DNA of 64,000 nucleotides from Veleropilina oligotropha (Eukaryota): NCBI GenBank assembly GCA_048128005.1, contig JBEUKZ010000019.1, positions 372,001 to 436,000 of the forward strand, read 5' to 3'. Shown piece by piece: positions 38,860 to 47,573 of this stretch (position 1 is its first letter; each line of letters starts with the position of its first letter). The notes under the pieces were generated by a model. It saw only the letters and a program-made list of their open reading frames with translations, ran no database searches and was not told where the DNA came from. The position numbers and the translations under genes were made by a program.

Positions 38860-39315
38860 TTAGGCGAGCTTGTAGGCTACCAACCCGGTCGCAGCCATCC
38901 CCAGGATGATGAAGGTGATCTCACGTCCCTTCTGGGCATCGCTCGGTGTGTAGTAGTCAGACAGCTGGGGCTCAGGGCCACCTCCTATAGCGGTGGGGTC
39001 AAGTTTCTTGCCGGTGATCAATGCATACTCACGGATAGCGGCGTCAACATCTCGGAATGTCCCAACAGCGTGACCCTGGCGGCGAAGTTCAACGTTCAGC
39101 CAGTCGAGACGCTCTGCCCTCTTTTGGGACCATTTAGTCTGAGCGGCGTTGAGCTGTTCTACAGCTATGTCGTGGCGTTTACGCTCCGCATCAACACCGG
39201 AGCTGCGTAGCTTCGAGAAGAGGAAGTTGGAGCCGCTGAAGGCGAGGGCGTTGATGAGAGCGCCCCCAACCAGCATCGCAATGGAAGCCATTGAAATGCT
39301 GCGATTATCTAGCAA
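38860..39315 (-). CDS. Viral protein with N- and C-terminal hydrophobic segments and central coiled coil (ATG probably at MASIAM, ~39291)
   Basis: MASIAMLVGGALINALAF...; ITFIILGMAATGLVAYKL. Confidence 0.75.
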   Translation of the reverse strand: MLDNRSISMASIAMLVGGALINALAFSGSNFLFSKLRSSGVDAERKRHDIAVEQLNAAQTKWSQKRAERLDWLNVELRRQGHAVGTFRDVDAAIREYALITGKKLDPTAIGGGPEPQLSDYYTPSDAQKGREITFIILGMAATGLVAYKLA

Positions 39316-39322
39316 GGTCCCA

Positions 39323-39562
39323 CTACTTCAATATATCGGCCGGAATGATGCCTTGCTTGATCAGCATGTCTTTCGTCGCCATGGCGAGCGCTACGTCGAG
39401 GACGACCATCCCGACATCGTAGCCCGTGAAGTCCAGTTTGGGGCTCGCTCCCTTGAATACCATCTTTGTCAGGCGTGCGTAGCCTATGGCGAGGCCTGAC
39501 ACTATAGCGGCGTGGTATACAGCGTTGCCGAGCATCTTTCCATCAGTGATTGGGGTAGTCAT
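39323..39562 (-). CDS. Small hydrophobic viral protein
   Basis: ATG-initiated, tightly packed, two hydrophobic stretches. Confidence 0.7.
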   Translation of the reverse strand: MTTPITDGKMLGNAVYHAAIVSGLAIGYARLTKMVFKGASPKLDFTGYDVGMVVLDVALAMATKDMLIKQGIIPADILK

Positions 39563-39587
39563 AACTGTTGATTAGTACCGTTTGCGA

Positions 39588-40112
39588 CTATTGCATATGA
39601 AAAGGGTTCTGCTTCTTCAATTCGATAGTGGGGGCGGCCCGAGGCTGCCTAGCATCCGCGTCTGGTGGCTGTTGATGTGGTGTGGATGGACCAGGGTTGC
39701 TGCGTTCTGAGGACGTCTTCCAGACAACAAATACCAACGCAACCGTACCGGCAGCGACGGCTACCTGGGTCCAATTAAATAGGTCCGATTTCCGTGTATC
39801 TGGCGCACGCGGTCTTTCTGCGGCTGGAACCGCCTCCCCGGGCTGTTCTGATGGAACGACAACACTTGTTGGGGCACTCAGGTCTTCTTTCATTTTTCGA
39901 ACCGCGGCCAGTAGCTTCTCCTGCTTGGCTTTTCGAGCAGCAGCGCCGGCCCTCCCTGCTGCGACCTTCTTCGGGTCCTTTTTACTCGCTGATGAGTCCG
40001 TCGAAGAAGTCACCCTCTCTATCGGCTGGCTCTCGATCACTTGGTCCACTTCCAGCGTTGTCATCTTGATCTCGCCCTCGCTCTGGTATCTTAGGCGGGC
40101 AAACATGTCCAA
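39588..40112 (-). CDS. Viral single-pass membrane protein (ATG probably at MTTLEV, ~40064)
   Basis: Basic KKDPKKVAAGRAGAAARKAK helix, TM WTQVAVAAGTVALVFVVW, C-terminal NPF. Confidence 0.65.
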   Translation of the reverse strand: MDMFARLRYQSEGEIKMTTLEVDQVIESQPIERVTSSTDSSASKKDPKKVAAGRAGAAARKAKQEKLLAAVRKMKEDLSAPTSVVVPSEQPGEAVPAAERPRAPDTRKSDLFNWTQVAVAAGTVALVFVVWKTSSERSNPGPSTPHQQPPDADARQPRAAPTIELKKQNPFHMQ

Positions 40113-40764
40113 ATTGGCAGTGCTTAGCCGTGGTCAACGCTGCGGTCAGCGGTGCGAGGTACATGCCATATTTATAATACAGCTCACAGCTTGCAGTGGT
40201 CAGGGCATGTGAGATGAACGGGTCGGCCTCCAGGTCGGCGATCAGTCGTAGCTGGTTTGCTGGTGGAATGGGCAGGAACATCCCAGCTGCCCCCGCGTAG
40301 AGATGAATAGCTGAAGTCCCCAGAGTCTTCGTCACATCGGCACCGAGTTTCGCTTCATACCTCGCGTGGTGCTTTTCGACCTCGTCGTCAGTCATGTCGT
40401 CTATCCGGTCCACTGTGAGGTTACGCCCCATGTATCGGTGGGCCTGTCCTCCAACGGCTAAGGCTGCAAGCCTCTCACGCTTTGCCGCGCAAACGGAACT
40501 TGCGACTCCACTGTTACTGACAGGTTCCTTGCCATCGGGAGTCAAGCGACAGCTGTTGATGGTCGTTTCTTGTTCGTCATCCATGAGTTGATCGATGAGG
40601 CTGTCCATCCTGAAGCGTTTCCAGCATCGCCTCACCGGTCTAATATAACTGTAAATCCAATACCACAATGTAGCGAGTAGGAGCAAGATCAGGCTCTGGC
40701 TGAAAGCAAAAGCTAGATATACAGCGTCCGACATGCGAGAGCTTGCTGGGCAGCTACTTAGCAT
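39982..40764 (-). CDS. Hypothetical viral protein with possible N-terminal TM
   Basis: Long ORF directly downstream of the ATPase; LILLLLATLWYWIYSYI. Confidence 0.7.
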   Translation of the reverse strand: MLSSCPASSRMSDAVYLAFAFSQSLILLLLATLWYWIYSYIRPVRRCWKRFRMDSLIDQLMDDEQETTINSCRLTPDGKEPVSNSGVASSVCAAKRERLAALAVGGQAHRYMGRNLTVDRIDDMTDDEVEKHHARYEAKLGADVTKTLGTSAIHLYAGAAGMFLPIPPANQLRLIADLEADPFISHALTTASCELYYKYGMYLAPLTAALTTAKHCQFGHVCPPKIPERGRDQDDNAGSGPSDREPADREGDFFDGLISE

Positions 40765-40775
40765 CTGCTGGGTAG

Positions 40776-41408
40776 CTATAGCACACTATAAGCAACGGGC
40801 TGATCAGTTTTCAACAGAAGCTTAGCGTGTCGTGTCTCGGCCAACAGCCGGCGAACCTCGGTCCGTTCATCCTGCGACGGGATTACATCGTTCTCGCGCA
40901 GACAGTCCTCGAAACTGTCGCGGTCCTTGCAATGGAACAGCGCGACCCAGCGGGTCTGCTCTCTGAGCTCCTTCAAGACCGAGTTGTACTTTTGCGTCAC
41001 TACCCATACGCTCTGGGAAGCATGCCTGCCGCTGAAGGCCAACAAAGTCAGCATGTCCCGTTTTTTTGCCATAGCTTTGCTGGCGGCGCAGTCGTCGATG
41101 ATATATAAAGTTGATTCCCCCTGAAACAGCCGGTAGAACCCCCGCAGCCAGTCATGGAGTCGCTCACCCGGGGGGACTAAATACACCTCAGGGTCGGTCC
41201 AGATCCACGGACAAGACTGGTATGCCTTGTTGAACTTGATCGTGGGGCAGAGGATCACGATATGCCGGAAGACGCCTCGATACTCCCCTTCCAGCAGTTC
41301 AAGCATGAAAACCGTCTTCCCACAACCGGTCTGGCCGCAGATGATTGCGGAGTGGGGGTCCTTGGTGTGCGGAAATCGTTTAGTACAGTGCTTCGACGAA
41401 TCGGCCAT
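40776..41408 (-). CDS. A32/FtsK-HerA-family genome packaging ATPase
   Basis: Walker A GQTGCGKT, Walker B YIIDD, Arg finger GRH, VVTQ. Confidence 0.93.
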   Translation of the reverse strand: MADSSKHCTKRFPHTKDPHSAIICGQTGCGKTVFMLELLEGEYRGVFRHIVILCPTIKFNKAYQSCPWIWTDPEVYLVPPGERLHDWLRGFYRLFQGESTLYIIDDCAASKAMAKKRDMLTLLAFSGRHASQSVWVVTQKYNSVLKELREQTRWVALFHCKDRDSFEDCLRENDVIPSQDERTEVRRLLAETRHAKLLLKTDQPVAYSVL

Positions 41409-42681
41409 TCTCGATATTCAGCTGTGCGTCCATGATCACGAACTCGTAGACGTTCAGTGGACCGGCCGCTTCGGCTGTTTTAGTGATCTGAATAGTAATG
41501 CCTTCGCTGGCGTTCTCGACCCTCCGGCCTGACCCGTGCAACTGATCGTCGTCAGTTACCCGCATATCGATCCAGAGCGCAAATTTCTTAGTCAGAAATT
41601 CGCCCAGGGTGACGTCTGCCATCTCCAAGTCCTTTGCGACCATCGCGACCTCAGGATGCCGCTTGCTGCAGCCGGAGGCGAACATTTTCTTGGCTTCTTC
41701 CCAGATCTGGTATGTTCGCATGCCCTGGCTGTAGATTTGATTCGGGACACCCTCGATTGTGACCTCGACCTTTGTGATCTTCGGATTATAGAAGGCCTCA
41801 GTATCGCGAGAGAATGGCGCGGCGTCTCTCGCAGGGTCCTCGAACAACAGTAGTATTCCTTTCATCGACCTCGCCGGTACGTTCACATTCATATTCCACA
41901 ACGAGTCGCTCTTGTCTAGGGTGAGCTTCCGATGCCGGAGAACACGGTCGTACAGGATTACGAGTTGACCCTGGTATTGATTTCGAATCCGTCTGGCAAG
42001 CTCGGATTGGGTTACCATGTCATATTCGAGGGATATATTGTCGATGGAATAGCTGGAACCGGAGTCGTCCGTATCCCGGATAGTCCGGGAGTAGTCGTTG
42101 AACGTTAGCTCATACTCGAGACGGTCTCCAAGGGCGCTTTGATAGAATGGCATGTGACTTTCCAACAGCTCGAAATCCAGCGGGATGCGGAATCGGTTAC
42201 CGTACGCGGCCGCGACCGCGACATCCTCAGACAGTCTGAAGGGGTCTACCGCACCAACACGATGCTTCGTAGTGTTGTGTCCATCGCTGGTATCAATCCC
42301 CTGGTACTGGGCGTTCTTGCGCTCCCCTGTGGTCTTCCAGAGATCGCGGTAGCAGTGGTACACGTCGGAGTCGTCAATCGACATGATCTCGTTTCCACTT
42401 ATCTTTATCGTGGTCTTTCTGATCACGGCACGGCCGATATTTTGCACTACAGTCCTATTCGCATTTACCGAGGTCAGAGAGATGGTAAATGCAAGGTGGG
42501 CAGTCCCTGGAACGATCACGTCATTCACCCCGAGATTAGGGAACCGAACCAGGAGCTGCTGGTTGGCGGAAATCGTTGATGGATTGTTTGTAATCGTGAC
42601 CGACTGGCGGATGCCCTTGACCGCGAGGGGCTCACGCAGTCTGCGGTATGGATTAAGCTTGCGTCCGTATACGCTGGTCAT
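41380..42681 (-). CDS. Probable double jelly-roll major capsid protein (433 aa from MTSVYGRKLNP)
   Basis: Size, beta-strand-rich pattern (F-IPLDFELL, LEYELTF, ISLEYD, ALWIDMR) and position next to the packaging ATPase; the ORF-track extension to 42873 overlaps the divergent gene. Confidence 0.8.
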   Translation of the reverse strand: MTSVYGRKLNPYRRLREPLAVKGIRQSVTITNNPSTISANQQLLVRFPNLGVNDVIVPGTAHLAFTISLTSVNANRTVVQNIGRAVIRKTTIKISGNEIMSIDDSDVYHCYRDLWKTTGERKNAQYQGIDTSDGHNTTKHRVGAVDPFRLSEDVAVAAAYGNRFRIPLDFELLESHMPFYQSALGDRLEYELTFNDYSRTIRDTDDSGSSYSIDNISLEYDMVTQSELARRIRNQYQGQLVILYDRVLRHRKLTLDKSDSLWNMNVNVPARSMKGILLLFEDPARDAAPFSRDTEAFYNPKITKVEVTIEGVPNQIYSQGMRTYQIWEEAKKMFASGCSKRHPEVAMVAKDLEMADVTLGEFLTKKFALWIDMRVTDDDQLHGSGRRVENASEGITIQITKTAEAAGPLNVYEFVIMDAQLNIENGRFVEALY

Positions 42682-42717
42682 GGCGGAATTAGATGCGTAT
42701 CCCACTGATGTATTCAA

Positions 42718-44034
42718 ATGGCAGAATTCGAGAACCCCGCATTCGAGCCTGACGATCTCATCGACAACGATGATACCATCGTCGACGATATTGATGTGGA
42801 TAGATCCACCGACCGGTTTATGCCAGGGCTTCTTTCGGAACGGCCACAGGAAGGAACCAGCAGTCTTCAGCAAGAGCTCGTTCAGGGCGTGGTTGACGAC
42901 TACTACAAAGCCCTGGCACAGGAGGGGCAGACCCCAGCCACGGGGCGAGATTATTCAAAATTCAAGTATGTGAGGGGAAAATTAGGGAGGGGGGGGAAAT
43001 TGGTGATGACGGACTACCCCGACATCAATCTCATAAATTCTCGCACCGGCAACCCCTTGGCGTTGTCAACAATAGCTGGCCGGCCTGGTGGGGGTGATGC
43101 AATCCGTGAAGGGTTGGGTTTTGTACACTGGACGCGGGGGGAAAAAAAGCCGTCCTCAAAAGCGGTTGCAGCTCTTCAGACAGCCGACAACGAGTTGAGC
43201 GGTGCGGCCGCTAATGTCGAAAACGTAGAACTGCGGGACTTGGGGCAGACTGCTACTGATGCCTCGGTAGCAATCCACACGATGGAGACGAAATTCACTG
43301 ATACCGAGGTTGAAGAGATCTTAGGCACAATGGGGGACCCTCCATTAAATCTTCGCGAGCTTCGCGGACTTGACAAGGCGATGCAGACCATCCGAGGCGA
43401 ACTAACCAACAATCTAGCCAAACTAACGGTGCTGGACGAACACATAGAGCTGGAGAAGATGAAGCTCGATCAGGCAGATGAAGAGGGCGGTGTGGATGAG
43501 TTCATCCGTCGACGGATCGCGGAACGTCTGCGCGACCTGAATGATGAAAGAGCAGCTCGCCTAGAGGCAGCATCATCAAGCCGGGAGGCCCTTCGCTCTC
43601 AAATCAGCCGGATCCGAGAGATGATAAGTCGGATCCTGAACACCGACACAACGCTGGCCGAGCGTATCCGGACCCTGTTCCGCGAGCAAGGGGTTACGAT
43701 CGCAACAATACTGACCGCTATCGGGCTCGCCATCTCGACTTTGGTACTAGCCCTGACAGGTGGAGCAACAAGCCCGCCAACGCCACCACCACCTCCCAGT
43801 GGTCAGGGCGGGGTCAAGGAGTGGGTCAAAAAGCAGCTGCAGAACCTGGGAAGGATTTTAGGCAAACTAGCAGGGAAGGCCGCAGCCGCGCTCCCAGGAA
43901 TACTTGGAAGCCTGGTCTCCTGGCTAATCAACCTGATTGGCAAGACAGCATCGTGGCTCGCTGAAAACCTATGGGCACTGGTCATATCAGTTGGGGGCTT
44001 GCTTCTTATTGCCGCTAGACAGTGGGTCACGTAA
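42718..44034 (+). CDS. Viral coiled-coil protein with C-terminal hydrophobic/amphipathic membrane segments
   Basis: Acidic N-terminus, long heptad region, TIATILTAIGLAISTLVLAL, poly-Pro linker, LWALVISVGGLLLIAA. Confidence 0.8.
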   Translation: MAEFENPAFEPDDLIDNDDTIVDDIDVDRSTDRFMPGLLSERPQEGTSSLQQELVQGVVDDYYKALAQEGQTPATGRDYSKFKYVRGKLGRGGKLVMTDYPDINLINSRTGNPLALSTIAGRPGGGDAIREGLGFVHWTRGEKKPSSKAVAALQTADNELSGAAANVENVELRDLGQTATDASVAIHTMETKFTDTEVEEILGTMGDPPLNLRELRGLDKAMQTIRGELTNNLAKLTVLDEHIELEKMKLDQADEEGGVDEFIRRRIAERLRDLNDERAARLEAASSSREALRSQISRIREMISRILNTDTTLAERIRTLFREQGVTIATILTAIGLAISTLVLALTGGATSPPTPPPPPSGQGGVKEWVKKQLQNLGRILGKLAGKAAAALPGILGSLVSWLINLIGKTASWLAENLWALVISVGGLLLIAARQWVT

Positions 44035-45322
44035 GCCAAATGAACGCTAGGCCAACGACAATGCCGCCCACGATAAGTGCGGTTTTATCCTCGTCATGTT
44101 TGGTTGCCCCAGCTGAAACAGCCGCCACTGGCGCCACAGCCGGCAGAGAGCCACGATGCTTCGGAGTGACCGCATCTGCGGGTAAGACGGCGTCTTGTGG
44201 GATGACCAATCCTGTTTCTCCAGTCTCCCCAGTGGCGTTGTGCGGCACAGGATTGGCCGCGTTGACCGTAGTATTAAGACCTAGGGTCTGGGCTTCCGTG
44301 GCAACGACGATTTCGTTGTTATACCCAGCCACCTGCCCGATCCGAAGGAGCATGTCACTTGGCGCCATGTAAAGGCCGACGCCGAATACGAAGTCTACTT
44401 TAGACCTGGCATACTGCAAAACGTCCTGGTACCGTTGGATCGCAGCAGGGAGGTCAACGGGGGATGCGATGGCGTCTTCCACGTTCGCCAGGAACTGTTT
44501 CTGTGCGTCAAATGCCGTCCCACTACCCAGAATACTTGCACGCGTTTGAGCCTGCGCTCCAAGAATAGCCCAGACGTAGGTCCTGATGGAATCATTGAGC
44601 CTTTCCACGCCGGCCCTCGTGAATCCCACCGACCTGTCCAGAATAAAAGTAGCCCAACCGTTTTTAAGCGCAGGCGCTTGCGCGATGTAGTCCACGTGCA
44701 GATTCGTGTTGGTCGTACCTTTGGTGAAGGACATTCGGCTTGGATCATACTCACGTCCGATGGGGTGGTAGCCGTTGTTCGTCCAGTAGCTGTAAGCGGT
44801 GCCTAGTCCGCCGTTGGGACCCTTGACACGCCAGTCGGTATGTGGGGACACTCCGAATTCGCTGCAGATCTTTTCATATGCCCTTCGGTCATACGGGGTG
44901 TCGAATGCATCCCACGTCCGGTCTTGTGGCAGCGGCGCCTGAATCTCGGTCAAGATCCTTCTGACCTGATAGTAGACGTGGAAGGTGAATACAGCAGTGG
45001 AGAGGGGGGCTGCAGTAGCATTCAAGTGGTCTTCTGAGGAGATCCCGGAACCTGTTGTGGCACACCATACTGCGAAGTTGACCTTGTTCTGCCAGAACCG
45101 CATCGGTGTGCTGTGCCAAGCCCTTATCAGCCCGTCACTAGCGACGTGAGGGAGGCGATACTTTTGAAATACGTCGGGGTAGTCTGCCCCGAATGCAGTG
45201 GTTGAGCTATTACCCACATTGATGCTTGGTCTCGTAAGCTGCTCATCTTTGATCTTTGCTGGGTACACCACACCGGTCGGATAGGCCGCACTCCTATTGA
45301 ACACAAATGCGCTCTTAGCCAT
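44027..45322 (-). CDS. Viral protein of unknown family with Pro/Ala/Thr stalk and C-terminal membrane anchor
   Basis: Long ORF from MAKSAF; ends TALIVGGIVVGLAFIWLT. Confidence 0.8.
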   Translation of the reverse strand: MAKSAFVFNRSAAYPTGVVYPAKIKDEQLTRPSINVGNSSTTAFGADYPDVFQKYRLPHVASDGLIRAWHSTPMRFWQNKVNFAVWCATTGSGISSEDHLNATAAPLSTAVFTFHVYYQVRRILTEIQAPLPQDRTWDAFDTPYDRRAYEKICSEFGVSPHTDWRVKGPNGGLGTAYSYWTNNGYHPIGREYDPSRMSFTKGTTNTNLHVDYIAQAPALKNGWATFILDRSVGFTRAGVERLNDSIRTYVWAILGAQAQTRASILGSGTAFDAQKQFLANVEDAIASPVDLPAAIQRYQDVLQYARSKVDFVFGVGLYMAPSDMLLRIGQVAGYNNEIVVATEAQTLGLNTTVNAANPVPHNATGETGETGLVIPQDAVLPADAVTPKHRGSLPAVAPVAAVSAGATKHDEDKTALIVGGIVVGLAFIWLT

Positions 45323-45329
45323 AGCTACT

Positions 45330-46070
45330 ATGTTCCACACATTAACAAACGTTCAAGAGGGGACCGCGGTTGCCCTCCTGGAGCCGATTGATAACCGGGA
45401 CGGCAAGCTATGTGTCAGCTTGCAGTCGCTCGACTATTGGGTAGGCTGGCACAACGTGCATGCCGGAGCCTTCTTTAAGACCCCCGATACCACGGTCGAC
45501 GTGGCACCAGGTTTCTACAGCTTCGATGACCTCGCCAAGACGATGAAGAGGTCGCTAGTTAACCTACAACTAGATGTAAGCCATGCTACAGGGCTCGCCC
45601 GAATCGTGGTCCCAGAGGGGACTCGACTCGCGATAAGCGACGATATACGAAAACTCCTCGGCTTAGACCTCTCTTCGTTTATTCTCGATAAAGCAGGGAA
45701 TCTGAACCAACCGGTTCGGGGAGTACAGGGCCAACCACCTCCCCCTCCGGAGAGATCCGAGTGGCTACGCCCTGGGACTTATGACGGGAATAAGCCTGTC
45801 GGGTTTGCCATAGCGCCAACCCTACACGTTCACCTGGAGCAGCTCAGTACAACGCACAATGTGAAGGACGGCGCCCCGAGCACTATTCTCGCGGTGGTCC
45901 CTATCACGTCGCAGATGTTCGGTGAAGCTGGCCACTATCATAGCTATCCCGCCGGCCGGCGACTACAGGCCGGGCTAATCACAGAGTTGAAGGTGTACGT
46001 CACAGACGCAGACAGTAACCCGATCGACAATCACGGCATGCCCATTACCGCAGTCCTTGCGATACAATGA
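45330..46070 (+). CDS. Probable minor capsid (penton, single jelly-roll) protein
   Basis: PGFYS...L; C-terminal LHVHL...DGAPSTILAVVP...ITELKVYVTD..NPID..G.PITAVLAI resembles Polinton pentons. Confidence 0.75.
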   Translation: MFHTLTNVQEGTAVALLEPIDNRDGKLCVSLQSLDYWVGWHNVHAGAFFKTPDTTVDVAPGFYSFDDLAKTMKRSLVNLQLDVSHATGLARIVVPEGTRLAISDDIRKLLGLDLSSFILDKAGNLNQPVRGVQGQPPPPPERSEWLRPGTYDGNKPVGFAIAPTLHVHLEQLSTTHNVKDGAPSTILAVVPITSQMFGEAGHYHSYPAGRRLQAGLITELKVYVTDADSNPIDNHGMPITAVLAIQ

Positions 46071-46429
46071 GCAGCATCTACGGGACCCTCCCCCTACCCC
46101 TGCTTGCAGATGAGCCCTCTTCCCCCCCGACCCGGTGGCACTTTGTCCTTAATTGTGGGGTAGCGCCCAATAAGGGGCTGGCGAGGAGGGAGTTCATGTT
46201 TCCAAACACTAGAGGTCGGTTCGGGTTGGACCCAGCCCTTCTAATGATCCACCTGACGCCGGTCCAGCCGGCCGGGGGCCCCAAAGCATGTTCCATCAGT
46301 AAGCTTGGCCTGAATTCGGACTGGTTGACCCTCGCCTTTGCCATCAAGGCCCCGTGGGTCGGCACTCTGTATTTGAACGTTACGGCAGACAAGGGGAATC
46401 AACCGCCGGAACAATACAACCACGTATAG
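46067..46429 (+). CDS. Hypothetical viral protein
   Basis: ATGA overlap with penton stop; abuts next ATG. Confidence 0.6.
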   Translation: MSSIYGTLPLPLLADEPSSPPTRWHFVLNCGVAPNKGLARREFMFPNTRGRFGLDPALLMIHLTPVQPAGGPKACSISKLGLNSDWLTLAFAIKAPWVGTLYLNVTADKGNQPPEQYNHV

Positions 46430-47062
46430 ATGGACAACACACCCTCAGCGCCAATGCTGTACCCACAGCTTGGTGGCGATGGGATTTCGGAACTGCATGA
46501 GGCACAGTCTTTCCGACTACAGAAAGTGAATGAGCTTCAGGGACAATTAGAACGAGAGAGGGACACACGGGCTGCATTATATAAAAAGTACCGACGAGGT
46601 GTTAACGTCGTTGACGGGATAGATAACGGACTAGTCGTCGCCACACTTGGTATGGGTAGCGCTGGCATTGGTCTACTGTCCACAATCGTAGCCGCCCCAG
46701 TGGTCCTAGTGCTGGAATTAGCGGCATTAGGGTGTGGGCTCGCCAGCATGGGTGGAAAGTACATTAGCCGACGCCTCCAGGTGAAGGCTAAGAAACACGA
46801 CGAGATTCGAGTCCTGGCCGACAGCAAGCTGAATACCATAACCGACCACGTCTCAAAGGCCTTAGCGGACGGGGTGATGTCTGATGATGAATTCCAACTG
46901 GTCACAGGGGAGATGGAGAAATACCAAGCCATGAAGGCATCAATTCGGGATAAGAGTAGGAAGGCGCACACCGCGATTTCACAGACCCAGAGCGAGCTTA
47001 TTGAGCGTGGTCGTTTAGAGGGTCGCGCAGAGCTGCTGAAAAAAATCGGAGCTGGCGACTAA
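46430..47062 (+). CDS. Viral coiled-coil/hydrophobic-hairpin membrane protein with N-terminal PSAP and LYPQL motifs
   Basis: MDNTPSAPMLYPQL; hydrophobic GLVVATLGMGSAGIGLLSTIVAAPVVLVLELAALGCGLA flanked by charged helices. Confidence 0.8.
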   Translation: MDNTPSAPMLYPQLGGDGISELHEAQSFRLQKVNELQGQLERERDTRAALYKKYRRGVNVVDGIDNGLVVATLGMGSAGIGLLSTIVAAPVVLVLELAALGCGLASMGGKYISRRLQVKAKKHDEIRVLADSKLNTITDHVSKALADGVMSDDEFQLVTGEMEKYQAMKASIRDKSRKAHTAISQTQSELIERGRLEGRAELLKKIGAGD

Positions 47063-47144
47063 CTATCCAGGTTGAGCGTAGCCACGACTACCCCGCTCCT
47101 CCCCCGTATTAAAGCTAGAAATCGACAGTGGTATCTGGACAACC

Positions 47145-47573
47145 ATGAAATCCATGAAATCTATGCTACTGTGTATTGCCGCGGTGTGCTTTGCCGCGTG
47201 GGGTACCACCCAGGCGTCGTCGCGTGACACTGCATTAATTCTCGAACACACGTGGGCTAGGTACCGCAACGACCCCCTGTATAACCCCCGATTCGATCAC
47301 TTGCGTAGAAACTTGCTTCTTCGCCCGGGACACCCCACCCCTGATGTCTCCCCACCGTCATGTCACTATTTTATTATCGGAGAAAATGACTGTAGCCCTG
47401 CCACACCCCGAGATACTGTCACATGTGTCCAGTGTTCGACCCCCTCACTATGTCCTGGCAAGAATGGGGAGTATTATACCATGTTGTCTGGCTGCTTCGG
47501 TGTGTGGAGAAAACTCGGGCACATCTCGCCCTGTAATTGTACTTTAATATCGGGCAACTATATATTCATATAA
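47145..47573 (+). CDS. Putative secreted cysteine-rich cargo protein
   Basis: Signal-peptide-like MKSMKSMLLCIAAVCFAAWGTTQA; 8 Cys in the C-terminal ~65 aa. Confidence 0.6.
   Translation: MKSMKSMLLCIAAVCFAAWGTTQASSRDTALILEHTWARYRNDPLYNPRFDHLRRNLLLRPGHPTPDVSPPSCHYFIIGENDCSPATPRDTVTCVQCSTPSLCPGKNGEYYTMLSGCFGVWRKLGHISPCNCTLISGNYIFI

Noticed and set aside
42682..42873. N-terminal extension of the MCP ORF given by the ORF track
   Set aside because: Starts at a non-ATG codon and overlaps the divergent 42718 gene; ATG at 42681 is more plausible
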